In this document: one piece after another, positions 17,004 to 26,692 of the stretch
How positions within the stretch are numbered: the stretch's first letter is position 1
Layout of the letters: every line of letters starts with the position of its first letter
The notes under the pieces: model-generated
What the model saw: only the letters and a program-made list of their open reading frames with translations
Databases searched by the model: none
Told to the model about the DNA's origin: nothing
Source: an uncultured Clostridia bacterium
GTDB taxonomy: Bacteria > Bacillota > Clostridia > Christensenellales > UBA1242
NCBI GenBank assembly: GCA_944384425.1
Contig: CALWTI010000004.1
Span: 1 to 39,187, forward strand
Reading direction: 5' to 3'
DNA: 39,187 nt
Position numbers and translations under genes: made by a program

Positions 17004-17303
17004 ATGATGAAACAATACCTCATATTTGGAATTTTTTTATTCATAGCAAACAAAGAAAAAACAACGGCAAAAGAAATTGCCGAAATGTTTGAAATAAGCA
17101 CACGAACGGTTTATAGATATATTGACTGTTTATGTATGAGCGGGGTGAAAATATGCTCACAAATTGGCAAAAATGGTGGTGTGTGGATATCCAAAGATTT
17201 TAACATTGAACACTATGTTCTTTCAAAAGATGAAAAGCAAATTATTCAAAACAACACCAACAACTGCCCCGAGGTCAAAAAAGTTTTAAGCAAGATTTTG
17301 TAA
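17004..17303 (+). CDS. Stand-alone winged-HTH (HTH_11, YafY-type N-terminal domain) protein lacking a WYL domain
   Basis: TTAKEIAEMFEISTRTVYRYIDCL..GV.I....GKNGG. SD AAGGAG. Confidence 0.8.
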   Translation: MMKQYLIFGIFLFIANKEKTTAKEIAEMFEISTRTVYRYIDCLCMSGVKICSQIGKNGGVWISKDFNIEHYVLSKDEKQIIQNNTNNCPEVKKVLSKIL

Positions 17304-17317
17304 TGTATTAATATACT

Positions 17318-18418
17318 TTATTTTGCATATTTATTCATTGAGTTTGGTTTATAATCAGCAAGCACACTTGATGTAAATGTATATTTATGCTTGTTTTTTT
17401 GATTGAATTTTGCTACTGCTACTATAATTATCTTATCGAGAAGTTCAAAAAAATCATATTTCCCTTTCCATAGATAAAACGCAAGTGAGCCCGGAACCGT
17501 GTTTATCTCATTCAAGTAAACTTCTTCCCCTTGCACCATAAAGTCCATTCTCACGACACCATAAAGGTCAAATGTGCGCCAAGCGAGTTTTGAAATTTCG
17601 TGTATTTTGTCTAAAACAGAGTTATCGAGTTTTGGGTCAACAATTTTTTGAGCATCTTTTTGGGTGTATTTGTTGTCAAAGTTTAAAAAGTTTTTCCAAG
17701 ACATTGGCTGTTCAAGTTTTGAAAATTCTACCTCTTCATCCCCAAGGCAAGAAATGTTTATCTCCTTAAAATCTTCAAGGCAATTTTCAACGATGACACG
17801 ACTATCATAATAAAGTGCAATCTCCACCGCTTCATAAAGCTCTTTTAAGTTCGTCACCTTATTTATTCCTATGCTACTACCTAAATTTGCCGGCTTGACA
17901 ATTAAAGGATATGTTAGGTCAACAATTTTTTGTTCGATGTTTTTTGTCAAATAGTCATTTTGTGTCACAAGCGCATATTTAACGCATGGTATGTTGTTTG
18001 CAACAAAGATGTCTTTCATTATCACCTTATCCATACATACACTACTTGAAAGCAAACTTGGTGATGTGATTGGTATTTGGCAGATATTAAAAAATGCGTT
18101 CATTGTACCATCTTCGCCGTTTATGCCATGAAAACAGTTTATTACGCAGTGTATGTGAATACGCTTTTTTAGCTTACCTATGAGTATGTCACCTTTACCA
18201 AACACAAAGTCAACTTTTTTAAATTTTTTTATCTCACCTATATATGCCTTTGGGTTTAAATAATCGGACACGATAATAAACTCAAAATTTGGTGTTTGAT
18301 AGACTGGAATAATGTTATATTTATTTTTGTCAAGGTTTTGCATAACTTGTATGGCGGTCAAAATTGAAATGTCGTGCTCAACACTTTTTCCGCCATATAC
18401 TACCATTATATTTTGCAT
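17318..18418 (-). CDS. ddl: D-alanine--D-alanine ligase
   Basis: YGGKSVEHDIS, HGINGEDG, KPANLGSSIGI and NEINTVPG. Start MQNI with SD GAGGTG. Confidence 0.93.
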   Translation of the reverse strand: MQNIMVVYGGKSVEHDISILTAIQVMQNLDKNKYNIIPVYQTPNFEFIIVSDYLNPKAYIGEIKKFKKVDFVFGKGDILIGKLKKRIHIHCVINCFHGINGEDGTMNAFFNICQIPITSPSLLSSSVCMDKVIMKDIFVANNIPCVKYALVTQNDYLTKNIEQKIVDLTYPLIVKPANLGSSIGINKVTNLKELYEAVEIALYYDSRVIVENCLEDFKEINISCLGDEEVEFSKLEQPMSWKNFLNFDNKYTQKDAQKIVDPKLDNSVLDKIHEISKLAWRTFDLYGVVRMDFMVQGEEVYLNEINTVPGSLAFYLWKGKYDFFELLDKIIIVAVAKFNQKNKHKYTFTSSVLADYKPNSMNKYAK

Positions 18419-18550
18419 TTTCACCTCACCTATATTTTTATTCATAACTATTCTATTTGGTGAAAACAACATTTTGTAAGAAATTTAAAAATTGTAGTGA
18501 AATTTTAAAGTATAGGTGATATAATAAAGTATAAAATCTTAGGAGGATAT

Positions 18551-18781
18551 ATGTTTTCATTACTTTTAGAGGCAACATTACTTGACTTTTTGCAAACCCC
18601 AAACAAATTAGTTGGAATTATTTTGGCAGCACTTGGCTTTGCTCTTTCAATTCTTGCAAAGAAAATAACCAAAGTGGCAAGAAAAACTGATAATCCAAGC
18701 AATAAAGACCCTATTTACCTTATTTTGCTTGCTGTGTCCTTGTGTCTTATCTTAGTTGGACTAATTATCACAATAGTCTAA
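18551..18781 (+). CDS. Small two-TM hypothetical protein
   Basis: Strong SD AGGAGG, two hydrophobic helices and a terminator downstream. Confidence 0.75.
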   Translation: MFSLLLEATLLDFLQTPNKLVGIILAALGFALSILAKKITKVARKTDNPSNKDPIYLILLAVSLCLILVGLIITIV

Positions 18782-18783
18782 GC

Positions 18784-18810
18784 AAAATGGCACTTAATTG
18801 TGCCGTTTTT
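18784..18810 (+). terminator. Intrinsic terminator
   Basis: AAAATGGCAC-ttaatt-GTGCCGTTTTT. Confidence 0.8.
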
Positions 18811-18852
18811 ATTTAAAGAAAAATTAAAAATAAATAAATTCTTCGTATTTTG

Positions 18853-18881
18853 TTGACTTTATAAAAACAATGAAACATAAT
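18853..18881 (+). promoter_or_regulatory. SigmaA promoter placing +1 at the rnhA ATG
   Basis: TTGACT-N17-CATAAT, ending 6 nt before ATG 18888. Confidence 0.6.
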
Positions 18882-18887
18882 TAAATT

Positions 18888-19325
18888 ATGAAAAAAGCAA
18901 TATTATATACCGATGGTGCTTGTTCAAATAACCCTGGCATGGGAGGCTGGGCGTACATTTTGAGATATAATAGAAAAACCACCGAATGTTCTGGCTTTGA
19001 AGCCGAAACAACCAATAACAAAATGGAACTTATGGCAGTCATTAAAGGACTTGAAGCCATACCTGAAAAATGCAATGTTGAGGTCTACTCTGACAGTGCT
19101 TATGTTGTCAATGCCTTTTTGGAAGACTGGATTTCTTCATGGCTTAAAAGAAAATGGCGTAACTCTGAGGGAAAGCCTGTAAAAAATTTGGAGCTATGGC
19201 AAAGACTTGTTGAACTTAATAACTTTCATAAAATTAAATGGAACAAAGTTGCAGGACACAGTGACGACGAACTAAACAATCGCTGTGATGCCCTTGCAAG
19301 AGGTGAAGTTGCAAGTCATAAATAA
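18888..19325 (+). CDS. rnhA: Ribonuclease HI
   Basis: YTDGACSNNPG, TTNNKMEL, YSDSAY, VKNLELW, GHS and NNRCDALA. Confidence 0.96.
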   Translation: MKKAILYTDGACSNNPGMGGWAYILRYNRKTTECSGFEAETTNNKMELMAVIKGLEAIPEKCNVEVYSDSAYVVNAFLEDWISSWLKRKWRNSEGKPVKNLELWQRLVELNNFHKIKWNKVAGHSDDELNNRCDALARGEVASHK

Positions 19326-19330
19326 AACTA

Positions 19331-19360
19331 AAAAAAGACACTCGATTGAGTGTTTTTTTT
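19331..19360. terminator. Bidirectional intrinsic terminator
   Basis: AAAAAAGACACTC-gatt-GAGTGTTTTTTTT between convergent genes. Confidence 0.85.
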
Positions 19361-19367
19361 ATTTTCT

Positions 19368-20066
19368 TTATTGATTATAAATTATCCTTCTGCAATGTTC
19401 ACATTCCAAAAAGCCATTGCGTTTGAGTTTGTCGATGCTTGCAGATGGAAGTTCCATTCTACATCCCCCACACGCTTTGTCTATGACAGGTACAAATATT
19501 GGAAAAACCTTGTCTTGACGGCGTTGTTTGTACTTTTGCAAAAACATTGGATCGATGCTTGGTTCAAGTTTTTTTATTTCTTGTTTTAGTTTTTCTATTT
19601 GAGGAAGAGTTTTTGCTGCAAGTGTTTCATATGCCTGTTTGTGACTTGCATACTTTTTCTTTGCTTCATTATAACTTTTCCTTGTGCTATCAAACTCGGC
19701 AAGAACTGAATTGATTTGCTCGGCAAAAGACATAAACTTCTTTTCAAGAAGTGAAATGCTTTCAAGTGTTTGATTTGTCTTTGAAATTGTGTTTTCAAGT
19801 TCATCTTGTTTCAATGCTTTTGGATCTTTGTTTACAATTTCGCCACACGCTCTTATTTCTGCGTCGTATGCCTTTTTGATTTCATTGTACTTTTTAATAA
19901 GCTCGCCTGCTTCTTTTTCAAGGTTATTGGACTTTGTTTGTGCGTCTTTGACTACATTTCTCATCTCGTGAAAAATTTTTTTATCTTCACTTTCTTCAAG
20001 TAACCTTTCAAGCTTTATTATTTCAAAATCTTGCTTTTGATAATCTAATATTTTTTGTATATCCAT
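19368..20066 (-). CDS. Coiled-coil protein with C-terminal C4 zinc ribbon (DUF164/CT398-like)
   Basis: Long heptad-rich region then ACGGCRM...ECEHCRRI. Confidence 0.85.
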   Translation of the reverse strand: MDIQKILDYQKQDFEIIKLERLLEESEDKKIFHEMRNVVKDAQTKSNNLEKEAGELIKKYNEIKKAYDAEIRACGEIVNKDPKALKQDELENTISKTNQTLESISLLEKKFMSFAEQINSVLAEFDSTRKSYNEAKKKYASHKQAYETLAAKTLPQIEKLKQEIKKLEPSIDPMFLQKYKQRRQDKVFPIFVPVIDKACGGCRMELPSASIDKLKRNGFLECEHCRRIIYNQ

Positions 20067-20094
20067 ATCTACTCCTTTTTATAGGATAAATTTG

Positions 20095-21150
20095 TTAGTC
20101 CATAAAGTCAACAAGTTTTTTACTTCTATTTGGATTGCGAAGTTTTTTGAGTGCCTTTGCCTCAATTTGACGAATACGCTCTCTTGTGACATTGAACTCC
20201 TTGCCGACTTCTTCTAGTGTTCTTGGATGAGAATCGTCAAGCCCATAACGAAGTCTTATTACCTTTTGTTCACGTGGTGTGAGTGTTTCAATTACTCCCA
20301 AAAGTTGTTCACGAAGAAGGTTCTGTGTTGCAACTTCAACAGGAGATTTGATTGAGTCGTCTTCAATAAAGTCTGCCATTTTGCTATCTTCTTCTTCGCC
20401 GACAGGGGTTTCGATTGAGATTGGTTCTTGTGCTATTTTTTGAATTTCGGCAACTTTTTCTTCGCTTACATCCATGGCTTTTGCAATTTCTTCTTGTGTT
20501 GGGTCACGGCCAAGCTCTTGAAGAAGTTGGCGCTTAACTCTTGTGAGTTTGTGTATCGTTTCAACCATGTGAACTGGTATTCTTATTGTACGCGCTTGGT
20601 CTGCCATTGCACGAGTTATTGATTGACGAATCCACCATGTAGCGTATGTTGAAAATCTGAAACCTTTGGTTGGGTCAAATTTTTCAACGGCTTTTAATAG
20701 TCCAATATTGCCTTCTTGAATTAAATCCAAAAACTGCATGCTTGTCCTACCTGCATATCTTTTTGCTATGCTGACAACAAGTCTTAAATTTGCTTCTGAC
20801 AATTTGGCCTTTGCGTATTCATCGCCATCAAGCATACGCTTTGCAAGGTCAATTTCCTCATCACTTGAAAGAAGTGGAACTTTGCCTATGTCTTTTAAAT
20901 ACATCTTAACAGGGTCATCAACACTGACTTGGCTGACTAGGTCATCAAAATTTTCTTTTTCAACATCTGGGTTTTCTGCCTTGATGATTTTGATGTTTGC
21001 GTTTGTCAAAGCGTCTATCACCTCTTTGATTTCATCTGCTGACGCTTCGTGTTTAAGTAGTCTAAAATAAATGTCCTCTTCGTTTAAAGAACCTTTTTTT
21101 GTGCCTATTTCAAGCAATTTTGTTAATTCTTGTTCAATTTTATCTCTCAA
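20095..21150 (-). CDS. rpoD: Primary sigma factor SigA/RpoD
   Basis: [35 protein letters not shown] and [14 protein letters not shown]. Confidence 0.97.
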   Translation of the reverse strand: MRDKIEQELTKLLEIGTKKGSLNEEDIYFRLLKHEASADEIKEVIDALTNANIKIIKAENPDVEKENFDDLVSQVSVDDPVKMYLKDIGKVPLLSSDEEIDLAKRMLDGDEYAKAKLSEANLRLVVSIAKRYAGRTSMQFLDLIQEGNIGLLKAVEKFDPTKGFRFSTYATWWIRQSITRAMADQARTIRIPVHMVETIHKLTRVKRQLLQELGRDPTQEEIAKAMDVSEEKVAEIQKIAQEPISIETPVGEEEDSKMADFIEDDSIKSPVEVATQNLLREQLLGVIETLTPREQKVIRLRYGLDDSHPRTLEEVGKEFNVTRERIRQIEAKALKKLRNPNRSKKLVDFMD

Positions 21151-21153
21151 AAT

Positions 21154-22911
21154 TTAATCCTCCAATATTTTTTCCCTTAGTTTTTTCTGCACTTCGCTTA
21201 TTTGCCTCAGTATCTCGGGTCTTTGCTCTTTTGTGCATTCATTTAAACTTTTTGTAAGTTCACTGCTCTTGTTTTTTAAGTAATTTTCTCTTATTTTCCA
21301 AATGCACTGTTTATAGTACTCTTTTGGGTTTTGAATATCTTCAAAATTGTACTCCAAAATGTCAGTCAGTGCACTATCTTTTTCTTCGCCATCATCAAAA
21401 AGATATCCTATTTGAAAATACTTATTTTGGTCATGATAACTTTTTAATGTTTGGTAAATTTTTTTGTAAGTTGGATTGGTCAAGTACTCTGTCAAGTCAA
21501 AATCATACGTTGCATAATCTTTTTTGAAGCAAAGGCTCGCCAACACAAATTTAACAGATTTTAACACTGCATTTTCAAAATATTCAACTTGTGGTTTGTT
21601 CTCGCTTGGTGGCGTCTCTGTCGACATCGTCAAATCTCGGCTAAGAACTTCAACAGGCACATCGGTGAGTTTTTTTATGACGTCCAAATACAACTGCTTC
21701 TCGCTCACAGTATTTAGCTCATTGACTATTGATATCGCCGAGTTCAAAAACTTTGCTTTTTGATCTATCTTACTTAAATCATATTGTTCCAATTTATGAT
21801 AAATTTTAAACACAACATAGTCTAGTGCATTGTCCAAAAGTTTTTGATAGGCATCTTTGCCATACGCCCTTATGTATTCATCTGGGTCTTTGTTCTCTGG
21901 TATTTTAATTGCTTTGACATTTAGTCCACCTTTCACAAGTGTATCAATTGTCCTTATGCTTGCTTTTTGTCCTGCACTGTCACCGTCAAGGCTGACTATC
22001 ACATTGTCACAAAGGTATTTTAACTGCTTTGCGTGGTATTCCGTCAGCGCCGTTCCAAGACATGCAACACAATTTTTATAGCCTGCTTGATGAAGTGCAA
22101 CGACATCCATCTGACCTTCAACTATTATTATGTAATCTAGTGTGTGCTGTTGTTTTAGTTGCTTCAAAAAGTTTATGCCAAACATAATTTTACTTTTATC
22201 AAAGACTATGTTGTTTGATGAATTTTTGTATTTTGCATAATCTGTTGGCACAATACTTCGAGCACTAAACCCAACACATTCGTCCATTATGTTATATATT
22301 GGAAATATCAGCCGTTCACCAAACGCATCAAAATATTTATTTTTGTATTCAACAACGCCTGAGGCAACCATATCTTCATATGAATAGCCTTTGGATTTTA
22401 GAAAGTCAACAATTTCATTCCAGTTTTTACTGTAACCTATATGAAACTCATTAAGTGATGTTCGTGTGAATTTTCGTGATTTGACATATTCTTGTGCTTT
22501 TTTTGAATCTGCGTCATACAAATTTTCTTCATAGTGCTTTGCGCTATCACGAAGTATGCTGAGTACTGCTTCTTTTTGCTTTTTACGCTTTTGAACATTT
22601 TGGTCGGTTTTGAAAGCTGGCACTTCCATTCCTGCATTTTTGGCAAGAATTTCGACGGCAGTCATAAAGTCACAACTCTCCATCTTCTCAATAAAAGTTA
22701 TTACATCGCCATGCTCCTTGCAACCAAAACAATGATAGTACTGCTCATATGGATTGACGCTCATCGAAGGTGTGCGCTCGTTGTGAAAAGGACAGCATGT
22801 CCAAAAGTTTTTACCTTTTTGAGTTAGCGTTAAATAACGCGACATAACCGTCACGATATCATTTTTTGCTTTAAGTTGTTGAATAAATGTTTCGTCAAAG
22901 CCGTTATTCAA
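21154..22911 (-). CDS. dnaG: DNA primase
   Basis: CPFHNERTPS..CFGC zinc finger, KYKNS, TOPRIM VEGQMDV / LDGDSAG and KDPDE. Confidence 0.97.
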   Translation of the reverse strand: MNNGFDETFIQQLKAKNDIVTVMSRYLTLTQKGKNFWTCCPFHNERTPSMSVNPYEQYYHCFGCKEHGDVITFIEKMESCDFMTAVEILAKNAGMEVPAFKTDQNVQKRKKQKEAVLSILRDSAKHYEENLYDADSKKAQEYVKSRKFTRTSLNEFHIGYSKNWNEIVDFLKSKGYSYEDMVASGVVEYKNKYFDAFGERLIFPIYNIMDECVGFSARSIVPTDYAKYKNSSNNIVFDKSKIMFGINFLKQLKQQHTLDYIIIVEGQMDVVALHQAGYKNCVACLGTALTEYHAKQLKYLCDNVIVSLDGDSAGQKASIRTIDTLVKGGLNVKAIKIPENKDPDEYIRAYGKDAYQKLLDNALDYVVFKIYHKLEQYDLSKIDQKAKFLNSAISIVNELNTVSEKQLYLDVIKKLTDVPVEVLSRDLTMSTETPPSENKPQVEYFENAVLKSVKFVLASLCFKKDYATYDFDLTEYLTNPTYKKIYQTLKSYHDQNKYFQIGYLFDDGEEKDSALTDILEYNFEDIQNPKEYYKQCIWKIRENYLKNKSSELTKSLNECTKEQRPEILRQISEVQKKLREKILED

Positions 22912-22939
22912 AAAAAAATACCTCTTTTACACTTACATT

Positions 22940-22966
22940 ATTCGACACAAGTGAGGTATTTCCTTT
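22940..22966 (-). promoter_or_regulatory. SigmaH-type promoter with overlapping Spo0A box upstream of dnaG-sigA
   Basis: AAAGGAAAT-N11-GTCGAAT on the minus strand and TGTCGAA (0A box) at 22941-22947. Confidence 0.7.
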
Positions 22967-23000
22967 ATTTTTTTTGATTTTTTTGTTTTTGTTTAATGAC

Positions 23001-24899
23001 TTAGTTTGTTATTAAAACCACAGATATATTCAAATCTATCTCTGTTCCCGCTGGTGGCAACTGTCTTTCAACTATTCCGCCGTCACCGTCAATTTCATAA
23101 CTTATACCCAAGGAGTTTAGTAGTTTAATTACCTCCGTCAAACTTTTCCCTACGCAATCTGGCATAACTGCATATTTTGTTTCAACATCGGTTATCTTTT
23201 CGTCGCCTAGGTATTCAATCATATTTGTAAGTATTTCTTTGCCGTATGGCGCTGCAACAACACTACCATAATACGCCCCAGCTCCCGGCTCATCAACTAA
23301 GAATAGCATAACATATTTTGGATTTGACGCTGGATATGTGCCCACAAAACTCGATACATACTTACCACGGGCTATTGCACCGTTTTCATACTTCTGCGCT
23401 GTCCCCGTCTTTCCCCCAACATCATAGCCTGGGACAAAACTATATTCTTCTGTTTTGTTGACAACTTTTTTCAACATCTCATTTAAAATACTTGAAGTGT
23501 TTTGAGATATTGTGGTGTTTTTCAAAACTGGCTCACTGACATATTTATTCACGCCGTCAGACGAAGTTATGCTCTTGATAATTGTTGGCACATAAAGTTT
23601 TCCACCATTGACGGCACTACTAATTGCTGTGACTAGTTGGAGTGGCGTGACGGCGACAGCCTGACCAAAGCCTATGCGTGCAAGGTCGACATTTTTTACA
23701 TTTTGTTTGTTCATAAGTATGCCACTGCTCTCTGACGCAATTTCTACACCTGTTTTTTCGCCCAAGCCAAAACTTTGCAAATAGTTATAAAACACATCTA
23801 CGCCCATTCTTTGACTGAGTGCCATAAATACGCAGTTGCATGAATTTACAAGGCCTTCTGTTAGGTCAAGTGAACCGTGTCCCACTGTTTTCCAGCACTT
23901 TATTCTTTGCCCGTCAACAACTGCACTGCCTCCGCAATAAAAGTGGTCACTAAGGCTTGCATTGCCACTTTCAAGTGCTGATGCCATTGTGAGAATTTTA
24001 AAAGTTGACCCCGGTTCATAGACATCGACAACAAGTTTGTTTTTTGTCATATCTAGCAGAGATTGTGTGTCATCTCTTGGTATGTCGTTTAAGTCAAAAC
24101 TTGGCTTTGTGCTACTTGCAACAATTTGACCATTTGTCGCATCCATTATTATACACGAAGCACTTTTTGCCTTTTGTTCAACCATAACTTTTTCAAGCAC
24201 AGACTCAACTATGCTTTGAATGTTCACATCTATCGTAAGAGATATATTGTCACCAGCCACACTGTCAACATAGGTTCTTAGTGAATTTTCTATCTCTTTG
24301 CCTTGAAGGTCGCTTTGAACCAAAAAGTATCCGTCCTCTCCCGCCAAAACATCGTTGAAATACGCTTCAATGCCTGCCTGACCATAGTTGTCTATGGTGG
24401 TGTATCCAAGAATTTGCGTCAAAAGGTTGCCGTATGGATAATACCTTTCTATGCTCTCAGACAAAAACACGCCACTAAGATTTTCAAGTGCAATGCTTTT
24501 TGCCGTGTCACTATCGACTTGCAGTTTAACAAGTACTTCTGACACATTGGTTATGTTTGCCTTTGAGTAAATAAGGTCATAGCTCATATTGAGCTTTTTT
24601 GAAAGGACTTGCGCGACTTTGCTTGCATCTTTTATTTCCCTTCCACGAAGATAGATATCATATGTGGTGAAAGAAACGGCAAGCGTGGCACCACTGGCGT
24701 CATAAATCTTTCCCCTTTCTGCCGTGATTGGCAAATCTCTTGTCCACTGCGAAAGTGCCATATTTTGAAGCCTTTTGCTATCTATTGTGCTTACAAAAAA
24801 CAATCTAACAATCAAAGCAATAAATAAAAGGGATATCGCTATTATAAAAGTCGATATCCTCTTTCGTAAACTATGTAATGTGAATTCGCTATCTTGCAA
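23001..24899 (-). CDS. spoVD: Class B penicillin-binding protein, SpoVD/FtsI-like, with C-terminal PASTA domain
   Basis: AERGKIYD, YEPGSTFK (SxxK), SCN and GKTGTAQK. TTG start at 24899 with GGAGG. Confidence 0.82.
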   Translation of the reverse strand: MQDSEFTLHSLRKRISTFIIAISLLFIALIVRLFFVSTIDSKRLQNMALSQWTRDLPITAERGKIYDASGATLAVSFTTYDIYLRGREIKDASKVAQVLSKKLNMSYDLIYSKANITNVSEVLVKLQVDSDTAKSIALENLSGVFLSESIERYYPYGNLLTQILGYTTIDNYGQAGIEAYFNDVLAGEDGYFLVQSDLQGKEIENSLRTYVDSVAGDNISLTIDVNIQSIVESVLEKVMVEQKAKSASCIIMDATNGQIVASSTKPSFDLNDIPRDDTQSLLDMTKNKLVVDVYEPGSTFKILTMASALESGNASLSDHFYCGGSAVVDGQRIKCWKTVGHGSLDLTEGLVNSCNCVFMALSQRMGVDVFYNYLQSFGLGEKTGVEIASESSGILMNKQNVKNVDLARIGFGQAVAVTPLQLVTAISSAVNGGKLYVPTIIKSITSSDGVNKYVSEPVLKNTTISQNTSSILNEMLKKVVNKTEEYSFVPGYDVGGKTGTAQKYENGAIARGKYVSSFVGTYPASNPKYVMLFLVDEPGAGAYYGSVVAAPYGKEILTNMIEYLGDEKITDVETKYAVMPDCVGKSLTEVIKLLNSLGISYEIDGDGGIVERQLPPAGTEIDLNISVVLITN

Positions 24900-24900
24900 A

Positions 24901-25698
24901 TTAGCCTCCAAATAAATTTCTTAGCCAATTACAAATACTGTCAAACCAGTTACTTTCCTCCTCATATGCCGTTGGGTCTTCCAGTGGCTGTGGAGTTATA
25001 GTGATTATTTCATCTATTGGAAGAAGTGAATCATCTTTTGGCCCGTCTGATTGCTGAACATCACTGTCAAGTCTTGATATTTTGCTCAAATACTCTGCAA
25101 TATTGACATTGTATTCTTCCTGCGTTGCCGTACTAGACGCTATTTGCTTCGAAGTGGTTGCAAGTTCAATGGAGTTGCCGATTATCCAGCCAACAAGTAT
25201 TGCCATAATACAACAAAACACACCTGTTAAAAGTCTAAACCTAAACTTGTAGCTTTTTTGCCCTTCATTTGTTAGATTTTGAAGTTCTTTTTCAACATCT
25301 TCATTTTCAGAAGGCTTGATAAGTAAACTTGCATCGTAAAGGCTTTCAACAACTTTTTCTTGTTCTTTCTCTTCCTCTTTTTGCTCTTCCTTTTTAGCCT
25401 CTGCCTTTTCTTGCTCTTCCTCAGCCTTTTTAATTTCTAACTCTTTTTGCTGTTTTTCACGCTGAGTTTGCATAATCTGCTGTTTGAGTTTTTCAAGTTT
25501 TTCATCTTTGTCTTGACTTTCTGTGACGGCGGTTGGCTTGGGCTGTTTTTTTGTGAGTGAGTCACTTGAAAACAAATTTATGTTTAGTGCAGTATGTACG
25601 CTTGGCTGAGGCTGTGTACTTTCAGCCGACTTGGTTGGCTTTTCCAAAACTATGGTTTGAGTACTTTTTTCTTCTTGTTTATAGTCCATAATATACAT
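24901..25698 (-). CDS. Bitopic hypothetical protein occupying the ftsL position
   Basis: Lies between rsmH and the PBP. Long charged N-terminus, one TM helix and short C-terminal region. Confidence 0.6.
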   Translation of the reverse strand: MYIMDYKQEEKSTQTIVLEKPTKSAESTQPQPSVHTALNINLFSSDSLTKKQPKPTAVTESQDKDEKLEKLKQQIMQTQREKQQKELEIKKAEEEQEKAEAKKEEQKEEEKEQEKVVESLYDASLLIKPSENEDVEKELQNLTNEGQKSYKFRFRLLTGVFCCIMAILVGWIIGNSIELATTSKQIASSTATQEEYNVNIAEYLSKISRLDSDVQQSDGPKDDSLLPIDEIITITPQPLEDPTAYEEESNWFDSICNWLRNLFGG

Positions 25699-25762
25699 AC
25701 TCCTTTGTTTAAAATATTATTACTTTGAATATATCACACAAGTTCAAATTTTACAATAATTT

Positions 25763-26692
25763 TTATATTTTTTCAATTATTCTAAGTTTTGCCGATGTGC
25801 TTCTAGGGTTTTCTTGTCTTTCTTCCACTGACGCAAGTATTGGCTTTTTGTTGACAAGGTTTACAGTCTTTTTGTGACCACATATGCAAATTGGTGTTCC
25901 CGGTGGGCACAAACAGTCTGTTGCACATAGTTTGAAGGCATTTTTCACAATTCTATCTTCAAGAGAGTGAAAAGTTAGCACTGCCATTCTCCCGCCGTGG
26001 TTCAATTTTGTTATCAAGAATTGTAGCGTTTCAAAAAGTTTATCAAGTTCGTGATTGACTTCAATCCTTATCGCCTGAAAAGTCTTTTTATCTGCTCCGC
26101 CCCGTGCAAATACCACTTTTTTTGGCATACTGCTTTCTATTATTTGTGCTAGTTGTTTGGTTGTCGTTACTGGTCTATTTTTTACTATGTTTGAAGCTAT
26201 TGACCTTGCATAACTTTCTTCGCCATATTCACTTATAATTCTTGTTAAGTGACTTAATGAGTATTTGTTCACAACATCCATTGCCGAAAATGGCTGAGAT
26301 TTGTCCATACGCATATCAAGTGGGGCATCAAACCTAAAACTAAAACCACGCTCCGCCGTATCTATTTGATGAGAGCTTACGCCAAGGTCAATCAGCACTC
26401 CATCAAGCGAAGTTATATTTAATGTTTTTAAAATATTTTCAATGTCTTTGAAGTCGCCTTTATACAAAATGACATTATCATACTCGCTAAAACGCTTTTT
26501 GCAGGCGTCTATTGCTTCTTGGTCTTTATCTATTCCAATTAGTTTGCCTTTTGACGAAAGGTGCTTTAATATCTCACTGCTGTGTCCCCCGCCACCTATT
26601 GTGCAGTCAAGATAAATACCATCGGGTCTAATATTTAGACCCGATGTTACTTCTTTCAACATTATTGGAATATGTTTAAATTCAGTTTCCAT
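25763..26692 (-). CDS. rsmH: 16S rRNA m4C1402 methyltransferase RsmH (MraW)
   Basis: HIPIML, DCTIGGGGHS, DLGVSSHQID, LDMRMD, FQAIRIEVN and FHSLEDRIVK. Confidence 0.97.
   Translation of the reverse strand: METEFKHIPIMLKEVTSGLNIRPDGIYLDCTIGGGGHSSEILKHLSSKGKLIGIDKDQEAIDACKKRFSEYDNVILYKGDFKDIENILKTLNITSLDGVLIDLGVSSHQIDTAERGFSFRFDAPLDMRMDKSQPFSAMDVVNKYSLSHLTRIISEYGEESYARSIASNIVKNRPVTTTKQLAQIIESSMPKKVVFARGGADKKTFQAIRIEVNHELDKLFETLQFLITKLNHGGRMAVLTFHSLEDRIVKNAFKLCATDCLCPPGTPICICGHKKTVNLVNKKPILASVEERQENPRSTSAKLRIIEKI

Noticed and set aside
18888-20066. Functional pairing of rnhA with the C4 zinc-ribbon protein as a novel system
   Set aside because: The genes are convergent and separated by a terminator, and both are common housekeeping-type genes
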